64,000 nt of DNA, taken from positions 8,262-72,261 of the forward strand of contig JAZDNO010000009.1 in the NCBI GenBank assembly GCA_043799545.1, in the 5' to 3' direction. Origin of the DNA: Methanobacteriota archaeon (GTDB taxonomy: Archaea > Thermoplasmatota > Thermoplasmata > SG8-5 > DAIRED01). The notes beneath the pieces are model-generated. The model ran no database searches. It was not told the origin of the DNA and worked only from the letters and a program-made list of their open reading frames with translations. A program made the position numbers and the translations under genes. The stretch's first letter is position 1. Every line of letters begins with the position of its first letter. Shown here one piece after another: positions 28,513 to 38,003 of this stretch.

Positions 28513-30393
28513 TCAAACGTTGTTACTGCGCTTCGGAGCGGCTTTCCCGCCATTCTTCCCGCGCACGAGCGGGGCCGCCTTGAGCCAGTCGATGTCGGAC
28601 ATGTATAGCTTGCGCATGTCGTCGACCCCGTATGTCACCATCGCCAGGCGCTCCAGCCCGAACCCCCAGGCGATCACTGGATGCTTAATGCCGAACGGCG
28701 CCGTGACCTCCGGCCTGAAGATGCCCGACCCTCCGAGCTCCATCCAGCGCCCGGCGAAGTTGACCTCGCAATCCATGCTCGGCTCCGTATAAGGGTAGTA
28801 ACTGGGCCTGACGCGCCATTCCTTGCATCCCAGGCGCTCCAGGAACTCCGCCAGCATCCCCTTCAACATCCCGAGGGATGCCCCCTTCTCCATGACCACC
28901 CCCTCCACCTGCGTGAACTCGGAGAGGTGCCGGGCGTCCGTGGCCTCGCGCCTGAAGACGCGGGAAACCGTGAACGTGCGAACGGGGGGGTCGGGGTGCT
29001 CGGCCAGGTAGCGGATGCTGTTGACAGTCGTATGGGTGCGCAGGATGGCCTTGCGCGCCATCTCCTCGTCCCACTTGCCCCCCCAGCCGCGCGAGCCCGC
29101 AATCCCCTTCTCGTGCACGCTGCGGATGACCTCGACAATCTTGCGGTCTGGCAGCGGTACCTCCGACGGATTCGAAAGGAAGAAGGTGTCCTGCATGTCC
29201 CTTGCTGGATGGTCCTGCGGTATGAAGAGCGCGTCCATGTCCCAGAAGCACCCCTGAACGTAGTCCATGTCGACCTCCGTGAAGCCCATGTCCAGGAAGA
29301 TTCTGCGGACTTCGCCGACCAGGCGGGCCATGGGGTGACGCTTCCCGTTTTCCCCCACGGGGGCGAAAGTCCCCAGGTCGTAAGGCCGCACGCGGAGCCC
29401 GCGCCACCCGCCTGACCGGAGCAGCTCGGGGGTCATCTGCGAGACCTCCTCGACGTCCTCGATTCCGGCGGCCAGCGCCTTGTCCCCGTCCGGCGTCAGG
29501 CTGACCCACCTCATGACCTCCTCCCTTACCTTGAGCAGGTCCTGCCTGGACGAAAGCTGCTTGAGTGTGAATTCGTCGATGTCGCGCTGGTGAATCTCGC
29601 CCTCTGCCAGGCGTAATATCGTCTCCTCGTCCTTCCCCTTGCGTTCCAGGGCCAGCTTGCCATCCTCCGTCAGCTCTATTATCGTCTCCGCACCGGATTT
29701 CTGGATGCTCGCCCAGCCCTTGCGCTTGAGCCAGCCGACGGCGATTGGCACCTCCTTTTCCGAGAGGTGGGCAGCCTTACCAAGCTCCGGCATCCGGATG
29801 CGACCGCGCTCCTTCTTCAGCGCCTTGATGGCCCTGCGCTCTGGCAGGTCTTGCTCGCCCGCCTTCTTGCTCGCTAGCGAATAGTACTTCTCGAGTGATT
29901 CCGAAAGAATCACCAGTCCCTTCGATTGGAGCCATGAGGAGGCGTTCATCACGTCGACCTGAGACATCAGGACAGAGGACGCGCGCTTGCCAGCCCCGCT
30001 CTTCGAGAGCTTCAGCACCTCCGCGCTGACCTTGGGAACTGTGTCGCCCAGCATCTCCGCGAACGCCTTCCTCTGGAGGGGTACCTCGATGTCTATCCAA
30101 GTCGGGATTCCCTCCGACGAGACGAGCCTCGCGACTTCGACGCGGTAGTCCTCCTTGGGCTCGGCAGCGAGGGCGGCGAGCGACCTGACCAGCTCGTTGA
30201 CCCTCCGGTCGTCCGACTGCTGGCTTCCCGCGGAGAGCACCTTGCGCACCTCGTCCCTTATCGCGCGCACCATCGGCTCTATCTCCGTCGGGACTGAGTT
30301 CTCTATGACCTGCCAAGGGGTCCCCGTTCCCTTGAGCTTTCCGAGCGCCTTTAGGACCTGGCGCTCAGCGCCGCTTAGCTCCTCGACTCTCAT
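28513..30393 (-). CDS. pheS: phenylalanine--tRNA ligase alpha subunit with N-terminal insertion
   Basis: HPARDMQDTF, LRTHTT, FRREATDARHLSEFTQVEG, PYTEPS, WGFGLERL. Confidence 0.96.
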   Translation of the reverse strand: MRVEELSGAERQVLKALGKLKGTGTPWQVIENSVPTEIEPMVRAIRDEVRKVLSAGSQQSDDRRVNELVRSLAALAAEPKEDYRVEVARLVSSEGIPTWIDIEVPLQRKAFAEMLGDTVPKVSAEVLKLSKSGAGKRASSVLMSQVDVMNASSWLQSKGLVILSESLEKYYSLASKKAGEQDLPERRAIKALKKERGRIRMPELGKAAHLSEKEVPIAVGWLKRKGWASIQKSGAETIIELTEDGKLALERKGKDEETILRLAEGEIHQRDIDEFTLKQLSSRQDLLKVREEVMRWVSLTPDGDKALAAGIEDVEEVSQMTPELLRSGGWRGLRVRPYDLGTFAPVGENGKRHPMARLVGEVRRIFLDMGFTEVDMDYVQGCFWDMDALFIPQDHPARDMQDTFFLSNPSEVPLPDRKIVEVIRSVHEKGIAGSRGWGGKWDEEMARKAILRTHTTVNSIRYLAEHPDPPVRTFTVSRVFRREATDARHLSEFTQVEGVVMEKGASLGMLKGMLAEFLERLGCKEWRVRPSYYPYTEPSMDCEVNFAGRWMELGGSGIFRPEVTAPFGIKHPVIAWGFGLERLAMVTYGVDDMRKLYMSDIDWLKAAPLVRGKNGGKAAPKRSNNV

Positions 30394-30519
30394 GTAACCG
30401 CCCCTGGGATGTGGAAGGTGAATAAAGCCTTTTCAGTCGCGGAAGGCAAACATCCACTCGCTGCTGGATTTTTCGAAAAGTTTTATAATGGGTCGTGGCT
30501 ATCCTCCGGCGGCACTCGG

Positions 30520-31287
30520 ATGAATGACGACGAATACAGGGTTTTATCGGGAAAGCTCCAGAAGCCGTCCGACATAATGCGTCTGGCCAAGGAGCTCAAC
30601 CTGGAACCGGAGCTTTTGCTCATAATCCACACCCAGAGGATTGTGCGCGACGCCACTAGGCGGTATTACCAGGTCAAGCGAGACATACCGCGGATGACCT
30701 GGAACTGGAAGGGCGGGATGCCCCTGGTCAAGATCGCGCGCAGGTACGACTTCCCGCCCATTCTGGTTTCGCTCATGGTGCTGTCAGACGCGGGAATGTC
30801 GCGCAAGGCCATATGGAGCGCAATCCGCGAGCCGGACAAGATACGCGACCCGAGGCTGAAGCGGGAGATACTGGAGGTCAACGAGGAGGATCTGAACTAC
30901 TCTCCGAAGGGGATGGACATCCAGAGCCAGCGCGGGAGGGTGGGCGAGGAGCGCCTGCATTCCTGGCTGGACGCGCAATTGCTGGAGTACCGCACGGAGC
31001 CGGAGCTCAAGGGAAAATACCCGAAAACGCCCGATTGCCTTCTGAAACACCCTGTCAGGATACAGGGGCAGGACATCTTCTGGTTCGAGTCCAAGGCCAT
31101 CTTCGGAGATTCGGTGGAGATAAGGCGAAACCTGAAGAAGCAGCTCATACCCTACACCGAACTATTCGGCAACGGCATCGTGGTCTACTGGTTCGGATAC
31201 GTAGACAACTTCCGCTCGCCCGAAGGGGTGCGGGTCGTGGATGCCAGTTTCTTCGAGAAATCCCTGGCCGAGTGGCAAAAGCCTTAA
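30520..31287 (+). CDS. C15orf41/CDIN1-like (TPD domain) PD-(D/E)xK protein
   Basis: KTPDCLL, WFESKAIFGD, YTELFGNGIVVYWFG. Confidence 0.8.
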   Translation: MNDDEYRVLSGKLQKPSDIMRLAKELNLEPELLLIIHTQRIVRDATRRYYQVKRDIPRMTWNWKGGMPLVKIARRYDFPPILVSLMVLSDAGMSRKAIWSAIREPDKIRDPRLKREILEVNEEDLNYSPKGMDIQSQRGRVGEERLHSWLDAQLLEYRTEPELKGKYPKTPDCLLKHPVRIQGQDIFWFESKAIFGDSVEIRRNLKKQLIPYTELFGNGIVVYWFGYVDNFRSPEGVRVVDASFFEKSLAEWQKP

Positions 31288-31313
31288 GTGCGCGCGCCCC
31301 CATTTCCCATCGG

Positions 31314-31727
31314 ATGAGGTTTGTAAAGATATCCCGGGAAGAGTTGGGCCGCTCGGCGAAATTATACGAAGGCGTAATGGCCCAGGCTTGCCAGGGACTG
31401 TATTTTCGCGAGGGGCAGATCATAGGCGATGAGCTCGCCAAGCTCGCCGCACGTGACGGGGACGATTATTTCACAGTCATCGGCAAGCTCGTTGTGGGGC
31501 GGGGCTGGGCGGACGAAGCCTCGTTCGACCAGCGGCGCGCGACCTTCAAGGGAAGCATTGAAGCCATCGCGGGGGTGGCGGACGGGTGCCACAAGCTGAG
31601 GGGCATCGTGAAGGCCATCTACGAGGCGAAGCTGAACCGGGCGCTCACCATCATCGAAATGGAATGCGAGGGCCAGGGAGGCAAGAACTGCATTTTTTCG
31701 ATTGAGGGTTTCGGGGACGTTCTCTGA
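31314..31727 (+). CDS. small V4R-domain protein
   Basis: GRGWA, CHKLRGIV, EMECEGQGGKNCIF. Confidence 0.75.
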   Translation: MRFVKISREELGRSAKLYEGVMAQACQGLYFREGQIIGDELAKLAARDGDDYFTVIGKLVVGRGWADEASFDQRRATFKGSIEAIAGVADGCHKLRGIVKAIYEAKLNRALTIIEMECEGQGGKNCIFSIEGFGDVL

Positions 31728-31734
31728 AGGGCCA

Positions 31735-32118
31735 TCAGCCCTTCCGCTCCCAGACCTCTTCCGCCATGTTCTCGTAAACCGAGTCCGCGCTCTCGCTATC
31801 CGGGCCCTTGGCGCATCGGGATTGCTTGGCGAGGGAGATGATGTGGTCCGTCTTGAGTATCCAGTAATGGAGGCGCCACACCTTCCCCTTGCGGAGCGTG
31901 ACCTCCTCCTGCGTGGTGTTGAGCAGGCCCGCCTCCTCCAGCATGTAAAACACGTCGCGGTCACTGGGGGAGAGCCTGTTGTCCACGATGACCGTTTCGA
32001 ATCCGAAAAAGGAGAGGATGTAATCTGTGAGGTTGTCCAGCTCCTCCCCGGACATCCCGTCCTTGCCCACTGTCTGGCTCAGGGCCGCCTTCAAGTCCCT
32101 TCGCGTTACGACGGTGAT
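31735..32118 (-). CDS. DUF6015-like protein; probable ATC start
   Basis: ILSFFGF...IVDNRL...DRDVFYMLEEAGLL...W..HYW; frame is open upstream of TTG 32094 to an ATC preceded by GGAGG. Confidence 0.75.
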   Translation of the reverse strand: MTVVTRRDLKAALSQTVGKDGMSGEELDNLTDYILSFFGFETVIVDNRLSPSDRDVFYMLEEAGLLNTTQEEVTLRKGKVWRLHYWILKTDHIISLAKQSRCAKGPDSESADSVYENMAEEVWERKG

Positions 32119-32254
32119 GGAGCCCCCTCCGGGGGGGTGATTGCGGCGGGCGCAAATAAGTCTATCGGAGGCGGAGAGATGACGGATGGTGAAAGGCCAG
32201 CTAGGACCGGTTTATGACGGATGCGCAACCAGCATATTTCCCCGCCACGGCGGC

Positions 32255-33160
32255 TCAGCGGAACTTCGTCCCCGTTATCCGCTCGAAGAGGTCGACGTAA
32301 ATCCCAGTGACCTTGCCGACTACATCTCCAGGGAGGGGCGGTATGTCCGGCTCGTGAAGGTGGCTCTTCCTGGCCTCCATCAGGGCGTCGTGGTAGCCCG
32401 TCGAGCGGTAATGATGGCGCACGGCCTCCTTGCTGAGCTCCACGGTCTTGCCTTCCCCGTAGAGCTTGAGGTCCCACCAGCGGTCCTCGTCCGCCGTGCC
32501 GAAGGTGTCCACGAGCATCATCTCCCCCTCGGCGTCGATTCCGAACTCCTTCTTGCCGTCCACGTGCAGCAGCCCCTGCGATTTAGCCCGGCGGTTCATC
32601 TCCTTGTCCACCTTAAGGACCATCTGCTTTATCTCATCCAGCCTTTCGCGCCCCAAGCCCGATAGCTCGGAAGCCTCGCGGTGCGTCAGCAGCCGGTCTG
32701 TCTCCTCCAGCTTGGTCGTGAACTCGACGAACGGCTGGGGGAGCTCCGCGCCGTATGCCGGCAACGATGAATTGCCGAAGCCGAGCGCGAGCGGCGAGAG
32801 TTCGCCTGCCTTGAGACGGTCGTGGAGCGAGCCGGCGACGTAATATCTGGCGATGACCTCGAGCGGCACGAGGACGCTGCGGTCGGATTTCTTCAGCGGC
32901 ACTCCCGGCTTGGGAATCGAGACGCGCTTGACACGCATTTTGTTTCCGGCGGGCAGCCCGATGAAGTGGGTCCGCATCCCGAGCCTGGCCGCTTCCTGGA
33001 ACCAGAAGGCCGACGTCCGGCAGAGCGTCTCCCCCTTGTCCGGGATGAGCGTTGGTATCACTTTGTCGAAAACCGAAATCTGGTCCGTGAAATGGAATTC
33101 GAACTCGCTCTCGGACGCCACGTAGACTTCCTTGACCTTGCCTTTTTTATAGAGTTGCAT
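32255..33160 (-). CDS. purC: SAICAR synthetase
   Basis: KGKVKEVY, FTDQISVFD, KGETL, PLEVIARYYVAGSL, FTTK, VDGKKEFG, LSKEAVR. Confidence 0.95.
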   Translation of the reverse strand: MQLYKKGKVKEVYVASESEFEFHFTDQISVFDKVIPTLIPDKGETLCRTSAFWFQEAARLGMRTHFIGLPAGNKMRVKRVSIPKPGVPLKKSDRSVLVPLEVIARYYVAGSLHDRLKAGELSPLALGFGNSSLPAYGAELPQPFVEFTTKLEETDRLLTHREASELSGLGRERLDEIKQMVLKVDKEMNRRAKSQGLLHVDGKKEFGIDAEGEMMLVDTFGTADEDRWWDLKLYGEGKTVELSKEAVRHHYRSTGYHDALMEARKSHLHEPDIPPLPGDVVGKVTGIYVDLFERITGTKFR

Positions 33161-33269
33161 CTGGGTGACCCCAACACGGGTATGCGGTGCCCATTTAAAT
33201 CTTTTCATCTCCTACCACGGGGTGGAGCCATAGTTAATATTTTATCTCACGTTGGCTTTACCCGCGCCA

Positions 33270-34211
33270 ATGGGAACGTTTGACGGCGCTAAGGTTGCGG
33301 TCAACACCTGCATGGGTGTGAGGAAGGGGGAGCGCGTGATGGTGCTCGTGGACCCCACGAAGGAGAGCGTGGGCTCGGCCCTTTTCGAGGCGTCGCTGGA
33401 GGCCGGGGCCGACGCCGTTGTCGTCATGATACCGACCCAGACCCACGACAACCAGGAACTGCCCTTGCCGCTCGCGAGGTTGATGCGGGAGATGGATGTC
33501 GTCTTCGCCGCGACGGAGCGCTCCATCACGCACACGATTGCCAGGCGCGCGGCCTCGAGGGAAGGAGTCCGAGTCGCTTCCATGCCGGGAATCACGGAGG
33601 AGATGCTCCGCGAGGGTGGCATGACCGCGGATTTCAGGGAGATTCATAAGGAGGCGAAGAGGCTTGGCAAGCGTTTCAAGTCCGTCAAGCAGATGCGCCT
33701 GGCGAACGGGTCCGGGACGGACATGATGATGAGCGTGAAAGGCCGCCAGTGGTTCTCTGAGGATACGGGGATTTGCCACAGGCGCGGCGAGTTCACGAAC
33801 CTGCCGGCCGGGGAGCTCTTCGTGTCGCCCGTGGAGGGCACGGCCGAAGGGACCATCGTCATCGACGCAAGCTTCAAAGGGCTCGTGTCCGAGCCGGTGG
33901 AGATCGAGGTCAGCGAAGGCTTCGCGGTCAAGATAAAAGGGGCGACCGACGTTGTGCGTGAGCTCAACAAGGGCGGGCGGGAGGCGCGCAACCTCGCAAA
34001 GATAGGCATAGGCCTCAACCCAAAGGCGCGAATCATAGGAAAAGAGCTGGAGGACTCGAAGGTGCTGGGCGCGGTGTCCTTCGGCCTCGGGGACAGCATG
34101 AGGTTCGGCGGAAGGCTGAAGGCGACCGTCTACATGGAGGCCGTCGCGACGGGCATGACGATGGCTCTCGACAACCAGGTGGTATTGAAAACCGGGAAGC
34201 TAGTGGTCTAA
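33270..34211 (+). CDS. M29 (thermophilic aminopeptidase)-fold protein with degenerate metal ligands
   Basis: RVASMPGIT, GTDM, NLPAGELFVSP, GTIVID, IGIGLNP. Confidence 0.8.
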   Translation: MGTFDGAKVAVNTCMGVRKGERVMVLVDPTKESVGSALFEASLEAGADAVVVMIPTQTHDNQELPLPLARLMREMDVVFAATERSITHTIARRAASREGVRVASMPGITEEMLREGGMTADFREIHKEAKRLGKRFKSVKQMRLANGSGTDMMMSVKGRQWFSEDTGICHRRGEFTNLPAGELFVSPVEGTAEGTIVIDASFKGLVSEPVEIEVSEGFAVKIKGATDVVRELNKGGREARNLAKIGIGLNPKARIIGKELEDSKVLGAVSFGLGDSMRFGGRLKATVYMEAVATGMTMALDNQVVLKTGKLVV

Positions 34212-35230
34212 TCTTCCATCCATCTCGGTTTTCTGATTAAGGCTGCCTCGGTTCCGCATTTCGGGCAGGCCGTTTTCCCAGGTATCTTGTCCGCCAGGTT
34301 AAAGCCCATCCGGGCCAGGAGGAGAGTTCCGCACTCATGGCACACGGTGTTCTCCTGCCCGGTTCTCGAAACATTCCCGACATAGACGTACCTCAGCCCC
34401 TCCTCCTTTGCGATTGCATGAGCCCTCTGCAGTTTCTCGACCGGCGTGTGCCTCAACCCCAGCATCTTGTAGTCGGGATGGAACCTGGAGAAATGCACCG
34501 GAACGTCCGGACCCAGCTCCTCGGCAACCCATCTGGCGAAGAGCCGCAGGTCCTTCTCGTCGTCGTTCTTCGTCGGTATCACCAGGTTTGTCAGTTCTAG
34601 CCATATTCCGAGCGCCTTTGTCAGCCTGCAAGTGTCCAGGACGTTGCCCAGCTTTCCGTTCGTCAGGGTTTGGTAGAACTCGTCCGTGAATGCCTTCACG
34701 TCGATGTTCATGGCGTCGAGGCACGGCGCCAGCTCGCGCAAAGGGGCCTCGGAGATGTAGCCGTTCGTGACGTATATCGTCGGAACGCCGGCCTTTCTGA
34801 GGAGGCGCGATGCGTCGAGTGTGAACTCGTACCACATCGTCGGCTCGTTGTACGTCCAAGAAACGCTCTGGCATCCCTGGCGCGCGACCATCGCCAGTAT
34901 GGCCTCGGCCGAAACTTCGCGGGTCTGGGCGAGAGTCCACTCGTTCGATATCACGTAGTTCTGGCAGAACTGGCATTTCAGGTTGCAGCCGACGCTACCG
35001 AACGAGAGGGTGCGCGTCCCGGGCATGAAGTGGTACAGGGGCTTCTTCTCGATTGGGTCCGGCGAGACGCCCGAATAGCGCCCGTATGTCAGCGCCCACA
35101 GCTTGCCGCCGCGGTTCTGGCGCACTCTGCAAAGCCCGTAGCCCCCGTCGACAATCTTGCATCCGTGGCCGCACAGCGAGCATGCCACCTTCCCCGAACC
35201 GAGCGGGCTCCAGTGAAGGGCTTCCCTCAT
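34208..35230 (-). CDS. AmmeMemoRadiSam system radical SAM enzyme (AmrS/PflX-like)
   Basis: CSLCGHGC, DPIEKKPLYHF, GCNLKCQFCQN, TYNEP, HFSRFHPDY, YVYVGN. Confidence 0.92.
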   Translation of the reverse strand: MREALHWSPLGSGKVACSLCGHGCKIVDGGYGLCRVRQNRGGKLWALTYGRYSGVSPDPIEKKPLYHFMPGTRTLSFGSVGCNLKCQFCQNYVISNEWTLAQTREVSAEAILAMVARQGCQSVSWTYNEPTMWYEFTLDASRLLRKAGVPTIYVTNGYISEAPLRELAPCLDAMNIDVKAFTDEFYQTLTNGKLGNVLDTCRLTKALGIWLELTNLVIPTKNDDEKDLRLFARWVAEELGPDVPVHFSRFHPDYKMLGLRHTPVEKLQRAHAIAKEEGLRYVYVGNVSRTGQENTVCHECGTLLLARMGFNLADKIPGKTACPKCGTEAALIRKPRWMED

Positions 35231-36171
35231 TTCTTTGGCCTCCTGAAATGCTCGAATCCAGATTTGGGCAAGAACTTGGTTCTTCCTCCCTGGGAGAATC
35301 GAACCCCCGTTCCGCACACGCACCCGATTTCCGTGAGCTGGCCGCCCGCCTTGCGGACCTTTGCGTGCGCAACCGCGAGCTTGCCCCGCGGCACCGTGGC
35401 CAGCAATTCGAAATCGCCGCCGTACGACGCCGCTTCGAGCCTCGCGTCCGACCGGACGCCCGGGTAGAACGGAACATCGTCCATTCGAACCTCCATGCCG
35501 ACTCCAGAAGCCTCGGACAAGTAGTGCAACGAAAGCGCCAGGCCGTCCGAGAGGTCTGTGCACGACGTCGCGCCCGCGGAGGCGAGCGCCGCCCCCTCCG
35601 CGAGCCTGGCTTCGACGCGAAGCATCCGTCCCAGGCCGGAGTTACCTCCCTTCAGCATCCATTCGTGCGCCCTTCCGATTCTTCCAGTCAGGACGAGCGC
35701 GTCGCCTTCCCCGGCCCCGGAGCGCATGAGAGCGCCACCTGGAGGCGCCTCGCCCAGAGCCGTGACGCAGATGGTCAACAGGCCCGAGGTCTTGGTATCG
35801 CCCCCCAGCACCTTCGTCCCGTGGGCATTGGCACACCTCTCGACTCCCCCGGATATGCCACCGAATGCTTCGATTGGGGTGTCCGATGGAAAACCGTATG
35901 CGACCAGGAGACCCAGCGGCCTGGCGCCCATCGCGGCCAAGTCGCTCAGGTTGACCGCGGCGGCGTACCAACCCTTCAGGTTCGGGGGTGCGTCGCGGGG
36001 ATAATGCACGCCGTCGAAGGTGATGTCGGTGGTCGCCACCACAGTTTCACTTCCGATTCTCAGGACGGCGCAGTCGTCCCCGATTCCACCCGAGCCGTCG
36101 GGGTCGTGGAGCCTCCGCAGCCTTGCGACCAGGGCCCTCTCGCCGAACCCGGACAGCGCTTTCCCCGCCAT
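35227..36171 (-). CDS. thiL: thiamine-phosphate kinase
   Basis: GIGDDCA, NLSDLAAMGA.P, GGDT, DLSDGL, GGDFELL. Confidence 0.95.
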   Translation of the reverse strand: MAGKALSGFGERALVARLRRLHDPDGSGGIGDDCAVLRIGSETVVATTDITFDGVHYPRDAPPNLKGWYAAAVNLSDLAAMGARPLGLLVAYGFPSDTPIEAFGGISGGVERCANAHGTKVLGGDTKTSGLLTICVTALGEAPPGGALMRSGAGEGDALVLTGRIGRAHEWMLKGGNSGLGRMLRVEARLAEGAALASAGATSCTDLSDGLALSLHYLSEASGVGMEVRMDDVPFYPGVRSDARLEAASYGGDFELLATVPRGKLAVAHAKVRKAGGQLTEIGCVCGTGVRFSQGGRTKFLPKSGFEHFRRPKK

Positions 36172-36412
36172 ACACCCTCATCGCATCATGCCAATTAAAC
36201 ATTTCCTGGTTTGCCCGGGCATCAAGAGTTTGCCGTGCGTGGAGCGTTTCGCGGTTCACGCTCGTTGAATTCCCTTGCGATGCGGGACGCTCACAAGTAG
36301 CAACTAATATAGATTTCTATGAACTATATTTAAATATTACCTAGCAATGACAGAGTCTTGCGCCGAGGTGGGGCGCGGAGAGTAAAATACCAATGTTTAA
36401 GGGAGGTGTAAA

Positions 36413-36943
36413 ATGGGTAAGTATAAGTTTATTACAGTTGCCACAACGATGTTTTGCGTTGCAATGATGATATTGCCAGCAGCGACTCCGGCGAAGGCCT
36501 ACGTGCTGGAATACGGGCAGGACAAATTCACAATCGACGGAACCATGAAGTGCAGGAACGCTCAGGTTGCGATTTCGATGGAGTATGTGTTCCAATCCCT
36601 TCCGGCTCAGACGTCAGTACTGGTCGGAAACGTGGAGTACATCCTCACGCTCGAAAACGTCATCTTCGGCGTGGATGACCCGAGCACGGCGATATACGAT
36701 CCAGCGAGCATAACCTTCAACTTCGGACGCAACGGACGCTTACAAGGGCATGTCGAGGGCATTGCATTATACGTCCAGCCATCCCCGGACTATCCGGCTG
36801 GATGGGTGCCAGTCATCGGATACGGCCTCGTCGATTTCAGCGGCATCCTAAAGATTTCAGGAAACAATTATTCGCCGCTTAAGCTCGATGGCTGGTATAC
36901 GACCATGTCATACTGGCCAGGTTCTGGCCCGGACCCTGCATAA
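36413..36943 (+). CDS. hypothetical secreted beta-rich protein
   Basis: signal-peptide-like N-terminus, GGAGG RBS, visibly lower GC than neighbours. Confidence 0.7.
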   Translation: MGKYKFITVATTMFCVAMMILPAATPAKAYVLEYGQDKFTIDGTMKCRNAQVAISMEYVFQSLPAQTSVLVGNVEYILTLENVIFGVDDPSTAIYDPASITFNFGRNGRLQGHVEGIALYVQPSPDYPAGWVPVIGYGLVDFSGILKISGNNYSPLKLDGWYTTMSYWPGSGPDPA

Positions 36944-37000
36944 CCGCAGTGCAATGGCGGGACAAAACCATTTTATCTTCTTTTTATATCCATGCATCCC

Positions 37001-37960
37001 ATGAGCGTGCAGAAATACTCATTCCCCGGCAGCAACCCGTTCGTGCAAGCCCCTATGAGCGGCATCACAGACAGAGCCTTCCGCACAATAGCCAGACGTT
37101 TCCATCGTGGTTTGATTTACACCGAGATGATAAGCGCCGAAGCGCTCTGCCGAGGAGACCGCAAGACGCTCAGAATGGCCGTCATTGATGAGGAGCATAA
37201 ACCCTGCGCCCTCCAGCTCATCGGCCCCAGGCCAGACCGCCTTGCAGAGGCGGCCCGCATCGCCGAGGGGCTGGGGGCCGAAATCATCGATATAAATGCC
37301 GCCTGCCCCGAGCCAAAGGTCGTGAAGGCAGGAGCCGGGGGAGCCCTCATGAAAGACCTGGGCAAGCTGGACAAGGCCGTGCGGGCGGTCGTCGACACGG
37401 CAGGCGTTCCAGTGTCCGTCAAGCTTCGCCTCGGATACGACAGGGACGTTTCCTCCGATGCGCTGGCCCTCGTTGCGGAAGCTGGCGCGGCCTACTCGAC
37501 TTTCCACGGAAGGTTGGTCTCTCAGGGGTTCACGGGAAAATCTGACTGGAACGCCTTGAAAAGGCTCGCGGGCGAGGCGAGGATGCCGTTCCTGGCGAAC
37601 GGGGACGCGCGAAACGAGGCGTCGGCCGTCGAGCTGCTGCGTTTCACCGGAGCGACTGGTGTCATGCTGGGCCGCGCGACGAGGGGCAGGCCGGACCTGC
37701 CTGGAGCGGCGTTCGATGTGCTGGAGGGCCGGCCTACCAAGAGGCTGCTGGGCGACGCACTGGCCTTCACCATCCTAGACCACGCGAAACTCCTGGTTGA
37801 GGAGCGGGGCGAGCACAGGGGGATTTGCAGGATGAGAAAGCACATCCACTGGTACCTGGCATCCGCGGGGGCGAAGTTCGAGAAGGAGAGGGTTCATCGA
37901 ATCGAGACCGTCGCGGAGCTGGAAAGGTTCCTCGATGATGTTGAATGGCGGAATCAATGA
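37001..37960 (+). CDS. dus: tRNA-dihydrouridine synthase (DusB-like)
   Basis: QAPMSGITD, TEMIS, INAACP, SVKLRLG, HGR, ANGD, GVMLGRA, RKHIHWY. Confidence 0.93.
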   Translation: MSVQKYSFPGSNPFVQAPMSGITDRAFRTIARRFHRGLIYTEMISAEALCRGDRKTLRMAVIDEEHKPCALQLIGPRPDRLAEAARIAEGLGAEIIDINAACPEPKVVKAGAGGALMKDLGKLDKAVRAVVDTAGVPVSVKLRLGYDRDVSSDALALVAEAGAAYSTFHGRLVSQGFTGKSDWNALKRLAGEARMPFLANGDARNEASAVELLRFTGATGVMLGRATRGRPDLPGAAFDVLEGRPTKRLLGDALAFTILDHAKLLVEERGEHRGICRMRKHIHWYLASAGAKFEKERVHRIETVAELERFLDDVEWRNQ

Positions 37961-38003
37961 TGGATGCGCAAGGTCTAACTCGGTGCGTTTCTGCCTAGCC
38001 ACA

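Noticed and set aside
34208-35230. Complete AmmeMemoRadiSam system
   Set aside because: The AMMECR1 and Memo partners are not in the window; the enzyme alone is widespread
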